Source: a virus. Taken from it: 39,758 bases of DNA. The stretch lies in the UHGV virus genome UHGV-0465656, one strand, 5' to 3'. The position numbers and the translations under genes are program-made. This document shows, one piece after another, positions 31,170 to 39,758 of the stretch; position 1 is the first letter of the stretch; every line of letters begins with the position of its first letter. A model generated the notes under the pieces. The model searched no databases. It was not told the origin of the DNA and saw only the letters and a program-made list of their open reading frames with translations.

Positions 31170-31459
31170 ACACTTACCTGATGGCGTCAGGCATCGCTCT
31201 TAATGCACTGTTGACGATATTTATCCTGTTCATAGCATGGGTCTGGTTCATCTGGCCTGCTGTCGAAGCGTGGAGCATGACGCGCTGGTACAGGGAGATA
31301 AATAGCAGACATCCGCAAGTTAAACCTCAAAAGACGTGGCTTCATGTTTTCCTGTTTTGCTATGAGGTTTTTGGCAGGAGCTATGACGCGACGAGCAACA
31401 GATACGGTCGATGGGAAGGCGTCGGAAAATGGACGGTCTTCACAGGCGAAGAAGATTAA
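31166..31459 (+). CDS. Hypothetical membrane protein (97 aa)
   Basis: Hydrophobic [19 protein letters not shown]; ATGA overlap with helicase stop. Confidence 0.45.
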   Translation: MNTYLMASGIALNALLTIFILFIAWVWFIWPAVEAWSMTRWYREINSRHPQVKPQKTWLHVFLFCYEVFGRSYDATSNRYGRWEGVGKWTVFTGEED

Positions 31460-31461
31460 CA

Positions 31462-31487
31462 GGGCCACTTACACAGTGGCCTTTTTA
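31462..31487 (+). terminator. Rho-independent terminator (GGGCCACT-TACAC-AGTGGCC + T5), tR2-like position
   Basis: 7-8 bp GC-rich stem followed by TTTTTA, between replication and nin genes. Confidence 0.7.
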
Positions 31488-31502
31488 TTTGAGGATAGAG
31501 AT

Positions 31503-31760
31503 ATGCCAAAGAAATATGACATGTATGACTTGAGACAAATTCTTGAAGAAATGCGCGCCTACAACCCAAAGGCAGATGAGTATGGTGGGAAACACATTAT
31601 ACCCGGCTGGGCTGATCGTATCGAAGTTGCACTGAATCGGATGAATGCTGGCACATGCCAAAGATGCAACGGAACCGGAATGGAAGATAGCGGCGGAGTC
31701 CAACCATGGGGCGAGCCAATTCTTATTGAGTGTCAGTGTTGCGGAGGGAATCAATCGTGA
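31503..31760 (+). CDS. Hypothetical protein with C-terminal Cys cluster (C-x2-C .. CQCCGG)
   Basis: ATG 31503 after GAGGATAGAG; in-frame part of ORF 31344..31760. Confidence 0.5.
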   Translation: MPKKYDMYDLRQILEEMRAYNPKADEYGGKHIIPGWADRIEVALNRMNAGTCQRCNGTGMEDSGGVQPWGEPILIECQCCGGNQS

Positions 31761-31972
31761 AAGTTAAAACAGCAGAGCTGAGCGAAAAGCAATCAAAACA
31801 TCTTTTTGAGCAATGGTTTGAAAGAACATTTCGTACGCACATTAAAGAAAGAGCGCTACCTGCGATTGAACAACGCAAGCTGATGACCATGGCATGGTTC
31901 GGGTGGAGTGAAAGAAGCCTGTTGGGCGATGAGGTAGACATTCCCGATGAGCTGATGGAGGTGGGAGAGTGA
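31757..31972 (+). CDS. Hypothetical protein (GTG start; alternative GTG at 31730)
   Basis: ORF track 31730..31972; start ambiguous. Confidence 0.4.
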   Translation: MKVKTAELSEKQSKHLFEQWFERTFRTHIKERALPAIEQRKLMTMAWFGWSERSLLGDEVDIPDELMEVGE

Positions 31973-32187
31973 CTTGCATCAGAATACCTGGCGGAATTAT
32001 TACTCTGAATGATTCCTACCGACTGCGCCTTGAAGATGGAACTTGTGTCTTTATGAGTTGGCATCATTACTGCGGTCCTGAGTTTTACAGAGACAGAAGC
32101 GAGCGCAGATATATCGATGAGTGGTGGGAAAATCCGCTAATTGTCAAAGCACTCGATTGGTTTGTTGGTCGCGGTGAAAAAGCATAG
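31969..32187 (+). CDS. Hypothetical protein (72 aa, GTG start)
   Basis: ORF track. Confidence 0.4.
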   Translation: MTCIRIPGGIITLNDSYRLRLEDGTCVFMSWHHYCGPEFYRDRSERRYIDEWWENPLIVKALDWFVGRGEKA

Positions 32188-32217
32188 CAGCCAGCCTTCT
32201 GGCATGTGGAGGGGAAT

Positions 32218-32496
32218 ATGGAAGAGTCACGGAAACAGTTTGAGCAGGAGATTAACAAAAAGTTTGGCGACCTTATCGACCAGCGTATCTGCAAAAATAG
32301 CGATGGCGATTATATGGCGTGGGATATGCAGGTAGCATGGTGGGCATGGCAGGCAAGCAGGCGGGCTATTGCGGTAAACCTCGGAAAGCCGATTTATGTG
32401 AAGCATAACGGTGACTATATCCATGCATGGCCAGCTTATAACGTTGATATAGCCATACGCGCCGCTGGTCTTACAGTAAAAGGGGACAGCAAGTGA
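32218..32496 (+). CDS. Hypothetical protein (92 aa)
   Basis: ATG 32218 within ORF 32206..32496. Confidence 0.45.
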   Translation: MEESRKQFEQEINKKFGDLIDQRICKNSDGDYMAWDMQVAWWAWQASRRAIAVNLGKPIYVKHNGDYIHAWPAYNVDIAIRAAGLTVKGDSK

Positions 32497-32744
32497 GCGA
32501 GTTGAAACCTTGTCCGTTTTGTGGGAGCTCTGTGAAATGGTGTGGTGAGCATGAGCATGACCCATCAGATAATCATCTTTGCGATCATATTCAATGCACA
32601 AATGAACATTGCAGGGCTGATTTTAGCTTTATCTATGGGAATGATCTTCTTCCAGATGACTGCGAAGATATGTCACCAGAAGAGATGATGGATATTTTTC
32701 GCAAAAAAAGCAGTTGGTTTGTACAACCAAAGGTCCAGCCATGA
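32493..32744 (+). CDS. Lar-family-like zinc-ribbon protein (second copy)
   Basis: MSELKPCPFCGSSVKWCGEHEH..; same CPFCG N-terminal signature as 20762..21064. Confidence 0.55.
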   Translation: MSELKPCPFCGSSVKWCGEHEHDPSDNHLCDHIQCTNEHCRADFSFIYGNDLLPDDCEDMSPEEMMDIFRKKSSWFVQPKVQP

Positions 32745-33151
32745 AACAAACAATCTTCCTTCGAAGTAAGCAACAACAGCAAGCTGCAATAAATGCCATC
32801 CTCGCAACACCACTCGATAAAGACAAGCCAGTCACCATCCGCATTACTGACTACAAGCGCAACCTTGACCAGAACGCAAAATTTCACGCGATGCTGGCGG
32901 ATATCGCTCGTCAGGTTCAATGGTGCGGAAAATGGTTAAAACCGGAACAATGGAAGGTTTTGTTGATCAGCGGTCATGCAGTGGCAACAAAACAGGAAGC
33001 TGATGTTTTGCCCGGGCTTGAAGGCGAATACGTCAACATTCGCGAAAGCAGCGCGCAGATGAGCGTGAAGCGTATGGCAAGTCTGATTGAGTACACGACA
33101 GCATGGGCTATTGGTCAGGGTGTCAGATTTACCAACAGGAGGTACGAATGA
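32741..33151 (+). CDS. ninB: NinB (Orf-family recombination mediator)
   Basis: ..[53 protein letters not shown].. parallels recalled lambda NinB. Confidence 0.8.
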   Translation: MKQTIFLRSKQQQQAAINAILATPLDKDKPVTIRITDYKRNLDQNAKFHAMLADIARQVQWCGKWLKPEQWKVLLISGHAVATKQEADVLPGLEGEYVNIRESSAQMSVKRMASLIEYTTAWAIGQGVRFTNRRYE

Positions 33152-33330
33152 GACGACAGCGACGAAGTTTCACCGACATCATCTGCGAAAACTGCAAATA
33201 CCTTCCAACGAAACTCTCCAGAAATAAACCCAAGCCAATCCCAAAAGAATCTGACGTAAAAACCTTCAACTACACGGCTCACCTGTGGGATATCCGGTGG
33301 CTTAGAGAACGTGCGAGGAAAACAAGGTGA
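33148..33330 (+). CDS. ninE: NinE
   Basis: [60 protein letters not shown], near-identical to recalled lambda NinE. Confidence 0.88.
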   Translation: MRRQRRSFTDIICENCKYLPTKLSRNKPKPIPKESDVKTFNYTAHLWDIRWLRERARKTR

Positions 33331-33497
33331 TTGACCAAAATCGAAGTTACGAACAAGGAAGTGTCGAGCGAGCTTTAACGTGCGCTAACTGCGGTCAGAA
33401 GCTGCATGTGCTGGAAGTTCACGTGTGTGAGCACTGCTGTGCAGAACTGATGAGCGATCCGAATAGCTCAATGTACGAGGAAGAAGACGATGAGTGA
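33327..33497 (+). CDS. ninF: NinF (GTG start, 56 aa)
   Basis: (M)[55 protein letters not shown] matches recalled lambda NinF. Confidence 0.85.
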   Translation: MIDQNRSYEQGSVERALTCANCGQKLHVLEVHVCEHCCAELMSDPNSSMYEEEDDE

Positions 33498-33702
33498 TTA
33501 CCTGAAATGGTATCTCTGTTACCGCTGGTTAATTAAGTTTGCTGTAAAAGACTGGATGACAGCGGATGCCAACAAACTTAAGCAAAGAAAGGACTATTAC
33601 TACGCCAGAATGAAGGAAAACTACTGCTCAATTCGCACTCGCATATTTATTAAAAAAGACCTTCAGTCAATTCTTCAATTGCGAGGGAAGGTAAATGGCT
33701 AA
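33490..33702 (+). CDS. Hypothetical protein (70 aa), AT-rich
   Basis: ORF track. Confidence 0.4.
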   Translation: MSDYLKWYLCYRWLIKFAVKDWMTADANKLKQRKDYYYARMKENYCSIRTRIFIKKDLQSILQLRGKVNG

Positions 33703-33985
33703 TCTACGCAAAGAAGCACGTGGCAGAGAATGCCAGGTACGTATTTACGGCGTATGCAATGGCAATCCTGAAACTACAGTTCTGGCGCATTACCGGATGG
33801 CTGGAATTTGCGGAACGGGAATGAAGCCTGCCGACCTGATCGGCGCATGGGCTTGTAGCGCGTGTCACGATGAAATCGACCGACGTACCCATAACCTCGA
33901 CAACAAAGACGCCAGACTTTACCACCTCGAAGGCGTGATCAGGACGCAGGCGATACTGCTGAAGGAGGGGAAGATTAAACCATGA
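33695..33985 (+). CDS. Cys-rich protein upstream of rusA (YbcO/DUF1364-like)
   Basis: CQVRIYGVCNG..CGTGMKP..WACSACHDEIDRR; same size and position as the recalled E. coli DLP12 ybcO next to rusA. Confidence 0.55.
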   Translation: MANLRKEARGRECQVRIYGVCNGNPETTVLAHYRMAGICGTGMKPADLIGAWACSACHDEIDRRTHNLDNKDARLYHLEGVIRTQAILLKEGKIKP

Positions 33986-34344
33986 ACGAATATCAGTTTG
34001 TGCTTCCATACCCGCCGTCGCTGAACACCTACTGGCGAAGACGGGGAAGCCAATACTACATCAGCGATAAAGGCCAGAAATACCGAAAAGACGTTCAGCA
34101 AATCATCCGCCAACTTAAGTTAGACATTTTCACCAAATCACGACTCTGCATCAAAGTCATCGCAGACGTTCCAGACTCCCGCCGCCGCGACCTCGACAAC
34201 ATCCTGAAAGGTTTACTCGACTCCCTTATCCACGCCGGATTTGCGGAAGACGACGAGCAATTCGATGACATTCGCGTAATTCGTGGCGTGAAAGTACCAG
34301 GCGGAAGGCTTGGAATAAAAATCACCGAACTGGAGAACGCATGA
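33982..34344 (+). CDS. rusA: RusA-family Holliday junction resolvase
   Basis: 120 aa; ..RRRDLDNILKGLLDSLIHAGFAEDDEQFDDIRVIR.. acidic catalytic motif; nin-region position. Confidence 0.85.
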   Translation: MNEYQFVLPYPPSLNTYWRRRGSQYYISDKGQKYRKDVQQIIRQLKLDIFTKSRLCIKVIADVPDSRRRDLDNILKGLLDSLIHAGFAEDDEQFDDIRVIRGVKVPGGRLGIKITELENA

Positions 34345-34529
34345 ACGCCACAATTCAAACGATACCAGAGCTTCTTATCCAGACACGAGGCAATCAGACC
34401 GAAGTGGCAAGGATGCTTTCCTGCGCAAGAGGAACAGTGCTCAAGTACAACCGAGACAGCAAAGGCGAGCGTCACGTAATAGTTAACGGCGTCCTGATGG
34501 TCAAACAGGGCAAAAGGGGAAGGCCATGA
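34341..34529 (+). CDS. ninH: NinH-like DNA-binding protein
   Basis: TIPELLIQTRGNQTEVARMLSCARGTVLKY..VIVNGVLMV parallels recalled lambda NinH. Confidence 0.8.
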   Translation: MNATIQTIPELLIQTRGNQTEVARMLSCARGTVLKYNRDSKGERHVIVNGVLMVKQGKRGRP

Positions 34530-35149
34530 GACTCGAAAGCGTAGCTAAATTTCATTCGCCAAAAAGCCCGATGATGAGCGACTCACCACGGGCCACGGCT
34601 TCTGACTCCCTTTCCGGTACTGATGTGATGGCTGCTATGGGGATGGCGCAATCACAAGCCGGATTCGGTATGGCTGCATTCTGCGGTAAGCACGAACTCA
34701 GCCAGAACGACAAACAAAAGGCTATCAACTATCTGATGCAATTTGCACACAAGGTATCGGGGAAATACCGTGGTGTGGCAAAGCTTGAAGGAAATACTAA
34801 GGCAAAGGTACTGCAAGTTCTCGCAACATTCGCTTATGCGGATTATTGCCGTAGTGCCGCGACGCCGGGCGCAAGATGCAGAGATTGTCACGGTACTGGC
34901 CGGGCCGTTGATATTGCCAAAACAGAACGGTGGGGGAGAGTTGTCGAGAAAGAGTGCGGAAGATGCAAAGGCGTCGGCTATTCAAGGATGCCAGCAAGCG
35001 CCGCATATCGCGCTGTGACGATGCTAATCCCAAATCTTACCCAACCCACCTGGTCACGCACTGTTAAGCCGCTGTATGACGCTCTGGTGGTGCAATGCCA
35101 CAAAGAAGAGTCAATCGCAGACAACATTTTGAATGCGGTCACACGTTAG
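34526..35149 (+). CDS. Q: Late antiterminator Q (lambda type, 207 aa)
   Basis: MRLESVAKFHSPKSPMMSDSPRATASDSLSGTDVMAAMGMAQSQAGFG..CRDCHGTGRAVDIAKTERWGRVVEKECGRCKGVGY.. matches recalled lambda Q. Confidence 0.92.
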   Translation: MRLESVAKFHSPKSPMMSDSPRATASDSLSGTDVMAAMGMAQSQAGFGMAAFCGKHELSQNDKQKAINYLMQFAHKVSGKYRGVAKLEGNTKAKVLQVLATFAYADYCRSAATPGARCRDCHGTGRAVDIAKTERWGRVVEKECGRCKGVGYSRMPASAAYRAVTMLIPNLTQPTWSRTVKPLYDALVVQCHKEESIADNILNAVTR

Positions 35150-35191
35150 CAGCATGATTGCCACGGATGGCAACATATTAACGGCATGATA

Positions 35192-35220
35192 TTGACTTTT
35201 TGAATAAAGTTGGGTAAATT
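35192..35220 (+). promoter_or_regulatory. Late promoter PR' (-35 TTGACT 35192..35197, 17-bp spacer, -10 TAAATT 35215..35220) with expected qut element
   Basis: TTGACTTTTTGAATAAAGTTGGGTAAATTTGAC resembles recalled lambda PR'. Confidence 0.8.
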
Positions 35221-35255
35221 TGACCCAACGATGGATAAATGCACTCGTTAAATAA

Positions 35256-35290
35256 AGCCCTGAGTTAATAGCTCGGGGCTTTTTGCGTTT
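35256..35290 (+). terminator. tR'-like intrinsic terminator ~35 nt downstream of PR' start region
   Basis: AGCCCTGAG-TTAATAG-CTCGGGGCT followed by TTTTGCGTTTT. Confidence 0.65.
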
Positions 35291-35582
35291 TAAGCACGGC
35301 CTTTCTGAAAGCACATCAAACCAAATACCAGACAGACAAAAATAATCACCTTATCCGCTGTGGCTACGGTGCGGTGTGCTTTGCATAAAAGAAAACCAGC
35401 GCAATGGCTGGCTTCGTGAAAGCGGGTGGCAGGAGGTTGCGCTAACAACCTCCTGCCGTTTTGCCCGTGCATATCGGTCACGAACAAATCTGATTACTAA
35501 ACACAGTAGCCTGGATTTGTTCTATCAGTAATCGACCTTATTCCTAATTAAATAGAGCAAATCCCCTTATTGGGGGTAAGAC

Positions 35583-35906
35583 ATGAAGATGCCAGAAAAA
35601 CATGACCTGTTAGCCGCTATTCTCGCGGCAAAGGAACAAGGCATCGGGGCAATCCTTGCGTTTGCAATGGCGTACCTTCGCGGCAGGTATAATGGCGGTG
35701 CGTTTACAAAAACAGTAATCGACGCAACGATGTGCGCCATTATCGCCTGGTTCATTCGTGACCTTCTCGACTTCGCCGGACTAAGTAGCAATCTCGCTTA
35801 TATAACGAGCGTGTTCATCGGCTACATCGGTACTGACTCGATTGGTTCGCTTATCAAACGCTTCGCTGCTAAAAAAGCCGGAGTAGAAGATGGTGGAAAT
35901 CAATAA
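35583..35906 (+). CDS. S: Holin S (lambda type, dual-start S107/S105)
   Basis: [107 protein letters not shown] matches recalled lambda S. Confidence 0.95.
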   Translation: MKMPEKHDLLAAILAAKEQGIGAILAFAMAYLRGRYNGGAFTKTVIDATMCAIIAWFIRDLLDFAGLSSNLAYITSVFIGYIGTDSIGSLIKRFAAKKAGVEDGGNQ

Positions 35907-36366
35907 TCAACGTAAGGCGTTCCTCGATATGCTGGCGTGGTCGGAGGGAACAGATAACGGACGTCAGAAAACCAGAAATCATGGTTATGACGTCATTGTA
36001 GGCGGAGAGCTATTCACTGATTACTCCGATCACCCTCGCAAACTTGTCACGCTAAACCCAAAGCTCAAATCAACAGCAGCCGGACGTTACCAGCTTCTTT
36101 CCCGTTGGTGGGATGCCTATCGTAAGCAGCTTGGCCTGAAAGACTTCTCTCCCAAAAGCCAGGACGCTGTTGCGCTGCAGCAGATTAAGGAACGTGGCGC
36201 TTTGCCGATGATTGATCGCGGTGATATCCGTCAGGCTATCGACCGTTGTAGCAATATCTGGGCTTCACTGCCGGGTGCTGGTTATGGCCAGTTCGAGCAT
36301 AAGGCTGACAGCCTGATTGCAAAATTCAAAGAGGCTGGCGGAGCGGTCAGAGAGATTGAGGTATGA
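35890..36366 (+). CDS. R: Endolysin R (lambda-type lytic transglycosylase)
   Basis: [53 protein letters not shown].. matches recalled lambda R. Confidence 0.95.
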   Translation: MVEINNQRKAFLDMLAWSEGTDNGRQKTRNHGYDVIVGGELFTDYSDHPRKLVTLNPKLKSTAAGRYQLLSRWWDAYRKQLGLKDFSPKSQDAVALQQIKERGALPMIDRGDIRQAIDRCSNIWASLPGAGYGQFEHKADSLIAKFKEAGGAVREIEV

Positions 36367-36800
36367 GCAGAGTAACCGCGATTATCTCCGCTCTGGTTAT
36401 CTGCATCATCGTTTGCCTGTCATGGGCTGTTAATCATTACCGTGATAACGCCATCGCCTATAAAGAACAGCGCGATAAGGCCACATCCACAATCGCTGAC
36501 ATGCAGAAGCGTCAACGTGATGTAGCAGAACTTGACGCCAGATACACAAAGGAGCTTGCTGATGCTAACGCGACTATTGAAAGTCTCCGTGCTGATGTTT
36601 CTGCTGGGCGTAAGCGCCTGCAAGTCGCCGCCACCTGTGCAAAGTCAACGACCGGAGCCAGCGGCATGGGCGATGGAGAAAGCCCAGGACTTACAGCAGA
36701 TGCTGAACTCAATTATTACCGTCTCCGAAGTGGAATCGACAAGATAACCGCGCAGGTTAACTACCTGCAGGAATATATCAACACGCAGTGCCTGAAATGA
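36363..36800 (+). CDS. Rz: Rz i-spanin (lambda-like N-terminus, divergent C-terminal half)
   Basis: [31 protein letters not shown].. as recalled for lambda Rz, then diverges. Confidence 0.88.
   Translation: MSRVTAIISALVICIIVCLSWAVNHYRDNAIAYKEQRDKATSTIADMQKRQRDVAELDARYTKELADANATIESLRADVSAGRKRLQVAATCAKSTTGASGMGDGESPGLTADAELNYYRLRSGIDKITAQVNYLQEYINTQCLK
36562..36747 (+). CDS. Rz1: Rz1 o-spanin lipoprotein embedded in +1 frame of Rz
   Basis: [36 protein letters not shown]..: signal peptide, lipobox Cys, Pro-rich. Confidence 0.8.
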   Translation: MLTRLLKVSVLMFLLGVSACKSPPPVQSQRPEPAAWAMEKAQDLQQMLNSIITVSEVESTR

Positions 36801-36850
36801 ACAATCATAGCCTCGTAATAGCGAGGCTTTTTACTAACCGAGGGTAAATA

Positions 36851-37039
36851 ATGTCATCTCCAATCATGAAGTATTTCGCTTATCAACACCTCCCCGCGCA
36901 TCTGCAGGAAGTAAGTAAGCCAATCGGTAACCTTGCGACACTGATGGATGAATCACTGCCTGACAGTGCTGAAAAGTCAGCAGGTCTCCGCAAGCTGCTC
37001 GAAGCTAAAGATGCACTGGTGCGAGCAAAGCTGGGGTAA
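36851..37039 (+). CDS. Hypothetical protein (62 aa)
   Basis: ORF track; followed by strong hairpin at 37040..37062. Confidence 0.4.
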   Translation: MSSPIMKYFAYQHLPAHLQEVSKPIGNLATLMDESLPDSAEKSAGLRKLLEAKDALVRAKLG

Positions 37040-37393
37040 GTCATTACAAAGCCCATCTACGGGTGGGCTTGATAATGAAACCGTGATTTACATCCCCACA
37101 ATCCGGGTATGTAAAAGATAGTTCAGGCGAGAACAGATTTAACTAAATCTGTGCACCACCAGTTAACGGCAGTACCGCGAAACAACCCAAGCCAGTAAGT
37201 GGGGAAATAACACTGGCAGCCACTGAAAGATGAACCTCCAGCCTTATGGCAAAAAATATTCTTTGTGGTGGCGGACTGATGGAAAGACATCGGTTATTGC
37301 AGAGGCCATTCAATGAGTGGTCTCGACAATGGCTTATACCCTACACGGGATAACTTAACTGATATCCCTTTTAACGGATAAACGGAGCCAACA

Positions 37394-37636
37394 ATGGCAG
37401 AGATTATTTCCATGACTGAAGAACAGAAATTCCAGTTAGAGATTTACAAACTGGTCATGAACCAGAACGCAGCCGCAGAGGAAGCATTTCATTTCATTGG
37501 CACTGACGAGCTGAAGCTTGAGCTATTCAAAATTCACTTCCAGTCAGGCGGCGCTAATTCAGATATCACGACCCGCACTATCGAAGCGGTGCGTAAATCG
37601 AAGGAAGCGTTAGACCTGTTCACCGCTGGAGTGTGA
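37394..37636 (+). CDS. Hypothetical protein (80 aa)
   Basis: ORF track; tightly coupled to next gene. Confidence 0.45.
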   Translation: MAEIISMTEEQKFQLEIYKLVMNQNAAAEEAFHFIGTDELKLELFKIHFQSGGANSDITTRTIEAVRKSKEALDLFTAGV

Positions 37637-37637
37637 T

Positions 37638-38027
37638 ATGGCTAAGGCCAAATGGCACAAACTCCCGGCGTTCACCATTCCGCTGTTTCAAAGTGCACAT
37701 GTCTACCTCGCAACAACCAGAGAACAGTTTCAGCACGCTGATAAATTCCTTGGCGGCAGCGGGGATGAGAAGCCATTCAATCTTGGGTTTGCAAGCAACT
37801 ATGAAAACACTGATACGGGTGAGCGATGCTATCTGATTGGAGTATTCGATCAGCAGATCGCTACGCTCGTTCATGAGTGCGCCCACGTCTGCTTTTACGT
37901 TTGCTCTGATGTCGGCGTGACGACAAGGCCTGAAGATGCCAACGAGACGTACTGTTACATGCTGGACAGGATGGTTAATCACTTCCTGCCATTCATTCAG
38001 GAGAAACAAGATGTATCACTGGAATAA
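37638..38027 (+). CDS. Hypothetical protein with HExxH motif (HECAH), possible zinc metallopeptidase-like
   Basis: ..QQIATLVHECAHVCFYVC..; 129 aa; upstream of terS. Confidence 0.5.
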   Translation: MAKAKWHKLPAFTIPLFQSAHVYLATTREQFQHADKFLGGSGDEKPFNLGFASNYENTDTGERCYLIGVFDQQIATLVHECAHVCFYVCSDVGVTTRPEDANETYCYMLDRMVNHFLPFIQEKQDVSLE

Positions 38028-38205
38028 TCAATCCCCTTATTGCCAATGCCAACGCTGCCCGTGCTGCGGGAAGATTGTTAACCAATTTACTGGCAAAAAT
38101 TTCTTCAAGACTGGTTATGGATATGGTGTTGCGGGTAGCGTTAATTGCTCTGGGGCTGCTGCTGAAACGACATCAAACACAGGCAAGCAGAAAGGAGCTA
38201 AGTAA
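38011..38205 (+). CDS. Small Cys-rich protein (64 aa; CQCQRCPCCGK)
   Basis: ATG 38011 after GAGAAA; in-frame part of ORF 37936..38205. Confidence 0.4.
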   Translation: MYHWNNQSPYCQCQRCPCCGKIVNQFTGKNFFKTGYGYGVAGSVNCSGAAAETTSNTGKQKGAK

Positions 38206-38299
38206 TGGTAATCAAAGTTTGTTCAGGCTCTCAGGGCTTCGACAACCCATCCAAATTCCGCGATGAATGGGATAAGCAAGCAGAAGGGAAATAATCAAT

Positions 38300-38788
38300 A
38301 TGGCAGCACCAAAGGGCAACCGATTTTGGGAGGCCCGCAGTAGTCATGGGCGAAATCCTAAATTCGAATCGCCTGAGGCGCTGTGGGCTGCTTGTTGTGA
38401 ATACTTCGAGTGGGCTGATGATAACCCGCTATGGGAGGGTAAGGTATTTTCATATCAGGGAGAAATAATTAAGGCTAATGTCCCTAAGATGCGAGCCATG
38501 ACTATTTCAGGATTGTGTACCTTCCTTGATATCACCAGGCAAACGTGGGGAACCTTCCGGTCAATGGAAGGTTTTTCTGACGTCACATCACGAGCGGAAG
38601 ACATCATCTACGACCAGAAATTTTCTGGCGCAGCCGCTGACCTTCTCAACGCTAACATCATCGCCCGTGATTTGGGCCTCAAAGAGCAGTCGCAAGTTGA
38701 AGACGTGACACCTGATAAGGGAGATCGCGATAAGCGACGCTCTCGTATCAAGGAGCTATTCAACCGTGGAACTGGACGCGATTCTTGA
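38300..38788 (+). CDS. Terminase small subunit (P22 gp3-like, 162 aa); pac site expected inside
   Basis: [99 protein letters not shown] matches recalled P22 gp3. Confidence 0.92.
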   Translation: MAAPKGNRFWEARSSHGRNPKFESPEALWAACCEYFEWADDNPLWEGKVFSYQGEIIKANVPKMRAMTISGLCTFLDITRQTWGTFRSMEGFSDVTSRAEDIIYDQKFSGAAADLLNANIIARDLGLKEQSQVEDVTPDKGDRDKRRSRIKELFNRGTGRDS

Positions 38789-39758
38789 TAACCTGAGCGA
38801 CGAAGAGCAAATCGAGTTGCTCGAGCTACTCGAAGAAGAAGAGAACTACCGGAACACACACCTGCTATATGAATTTACGCCATACAGCAAACAGCGTGAG
38901 TTCATCGACGCCGGGCATGACTATCCAGAGCGCTGTTTTATGGCTGGTAACCAGCTTGGTAAGTCATTTACCGGTGCTGCCGAAGTCGCGTTTCACCTTA
39001 CAGGGCGTTATCCGGGCACAAAAGGCTATCCTGCTGATGGTAAATATGGCGGTGAGTGGAAAGGTAAGCGTTTCTATGAGCCTGTTGTCTTCTGGATTGG
39101 CGGCGAGACAAACGAGACGGTAACCAAAACGACTCAACGCATCCTGTGCGGTCGTATCGAAGAGAATGACGAGCCAGGCTACGGTTCCATACCGAAAGAA
39201 GACATCATTAGCTGGAAGAAGTCTCCTTTCTTTCCGAACCTTGTTGATCATCTTCTGGTTAAGCATCACACGGCTGATGGCGTTGAAGATGGCATTTCAA
39301 TCTGCTACTTCAAACCATACTCGCAAGGCCGTGCTCGCTGGCAGGGTGACACAATCCACGGCGTGTGGTTTGACGAAGAGCCACCATACAGCATTTATGG
39401 TGAAGGTCTTACCCGTACCAACAAATACGGGCAATTCTCAATTCTGACGTTTACCCCGCTTATGGGGATGTCTGACGTTGTTACCAAGTTCCTGAAGAAT
39501 CCCAGCAAGTCTCAGAAAGTGGTCAACATGACCATCTATGACGCTGAGCACTACACCGACGAGCAGAAAGAGCAAATCATCGCATCCTATCCTGAGCATG
39601 AGAGAGAGGCGCGTGCTCGCGGTATTCCTACGATGGGTAGTGGTCGAATCTTCCAGATACCGGAAGAGACGATTAAGTGTCAGCCGTTCGAGTGCCCTGA
39701 TCACTTCTACGTAATTGGCGGGATGGATTTCGGATGGGATCACCCACAGGCGCAGGTT
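38766..39758 (+). CDS. Terminase large subunit, N-terminal part (GTG start; aa 1-331), truncated by window end; continuation is the inverted segment 1234..728
   Basis: (M)[73 protein letters not shown].. matches recalled P22 gp2; absent from ORF track because it lacks an in-window stop. Confidence 0.9.
   Translation, partial: MELDAILDNLSDEEQIELLELLEEEENYRNTHLLYEFTPYSKQREFIDAGHDYPERCFMAGNQLGKSFTGAAEVAFHLTGRYPGTKGYPADGKYGGEWKGKRFYEPVVFWIGGETNETVTKTTQRILCGRIEENDEPGYGSIPKEDIISWKKSPFFPNLVDHLLVKHHTADGVEDGISICYFKPYSQGRARWQGDTIHGVWFDEEPPYSIYGEGLTRTNKYGQFSILTFTPLMGMSDVVTKFLKNPSKSQKVVNMTIYDAEHYTDEQKEQIIASYPEHEREARARGIPTMGSGRIFQIPEETIKCQPFECPDHFYVIGGMDFGWDHPQAQV

Noticed and set aside
37040-37393. Low-coding stretch examined for a tRNA, cos or pac site
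   Set aside because: No tRNA-like fold or recognisable cos found; only a strong hairpin at 37040..37062. The pac site of P22-like phages is expected inside terS and could not be pinpointed by eye.

Overview
This window is an essentially complete temperate P22-like podovirus genome of mosaic lambdoid type (about 39.65 kb unique sequence). Everything here comes from reading the sequence and ORF track and from recalled reference proteins; no database search was run. Modules: (1) P22-type virion genes (terS, terL, portal, scaffold, coat, gp4, gp10, tail needle, gp14/gp7/gp20/gp16-like ejection proteins, tailspike); (2) an immI-like region (mnt, arc, ant-like) with a membrane-protein/lipoprotein pair behind mnt; (3) P4-type integrase plus xis, with a 15-bp core that matches the tRNA-Arg (argW) 3' end as I recall it; (4) a leftward early operon (erf, ssb-like, cIII-like, lambda-type N with nutL, many small unknown genes); (5) 434-type immunity (cI, cro, 14-bp ACAA..TTGT operators) with a secreted-protein gene coupled to cI; (6) cII, O-like and DnaB-like replication genes, and a nin region (NinB/E/F/H, YbcO-like, RusA); (7) lambda-type Q, PR', and S/R/Rz/Rz1 lysis cassette. 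Most striking structural point: the first ~1.29 kb is inverted relative to the rest, splitting terL and portal, and both junctions carry exact 55-bp inverted duplications, which looks like a k=55 assembly misjoin rather than biology. Best candidates for undescribed accessory functions: the mnt-linked membrane/lipoprotein pair, the cI-coupled secreted protein, the AT-rich ORF in the ral/sieB slot, an HNH endonuclease between scaffold and coat, and an HExxH protein upstream of terS. No CRISPR array, rRNA or complete tRNA gene was found.
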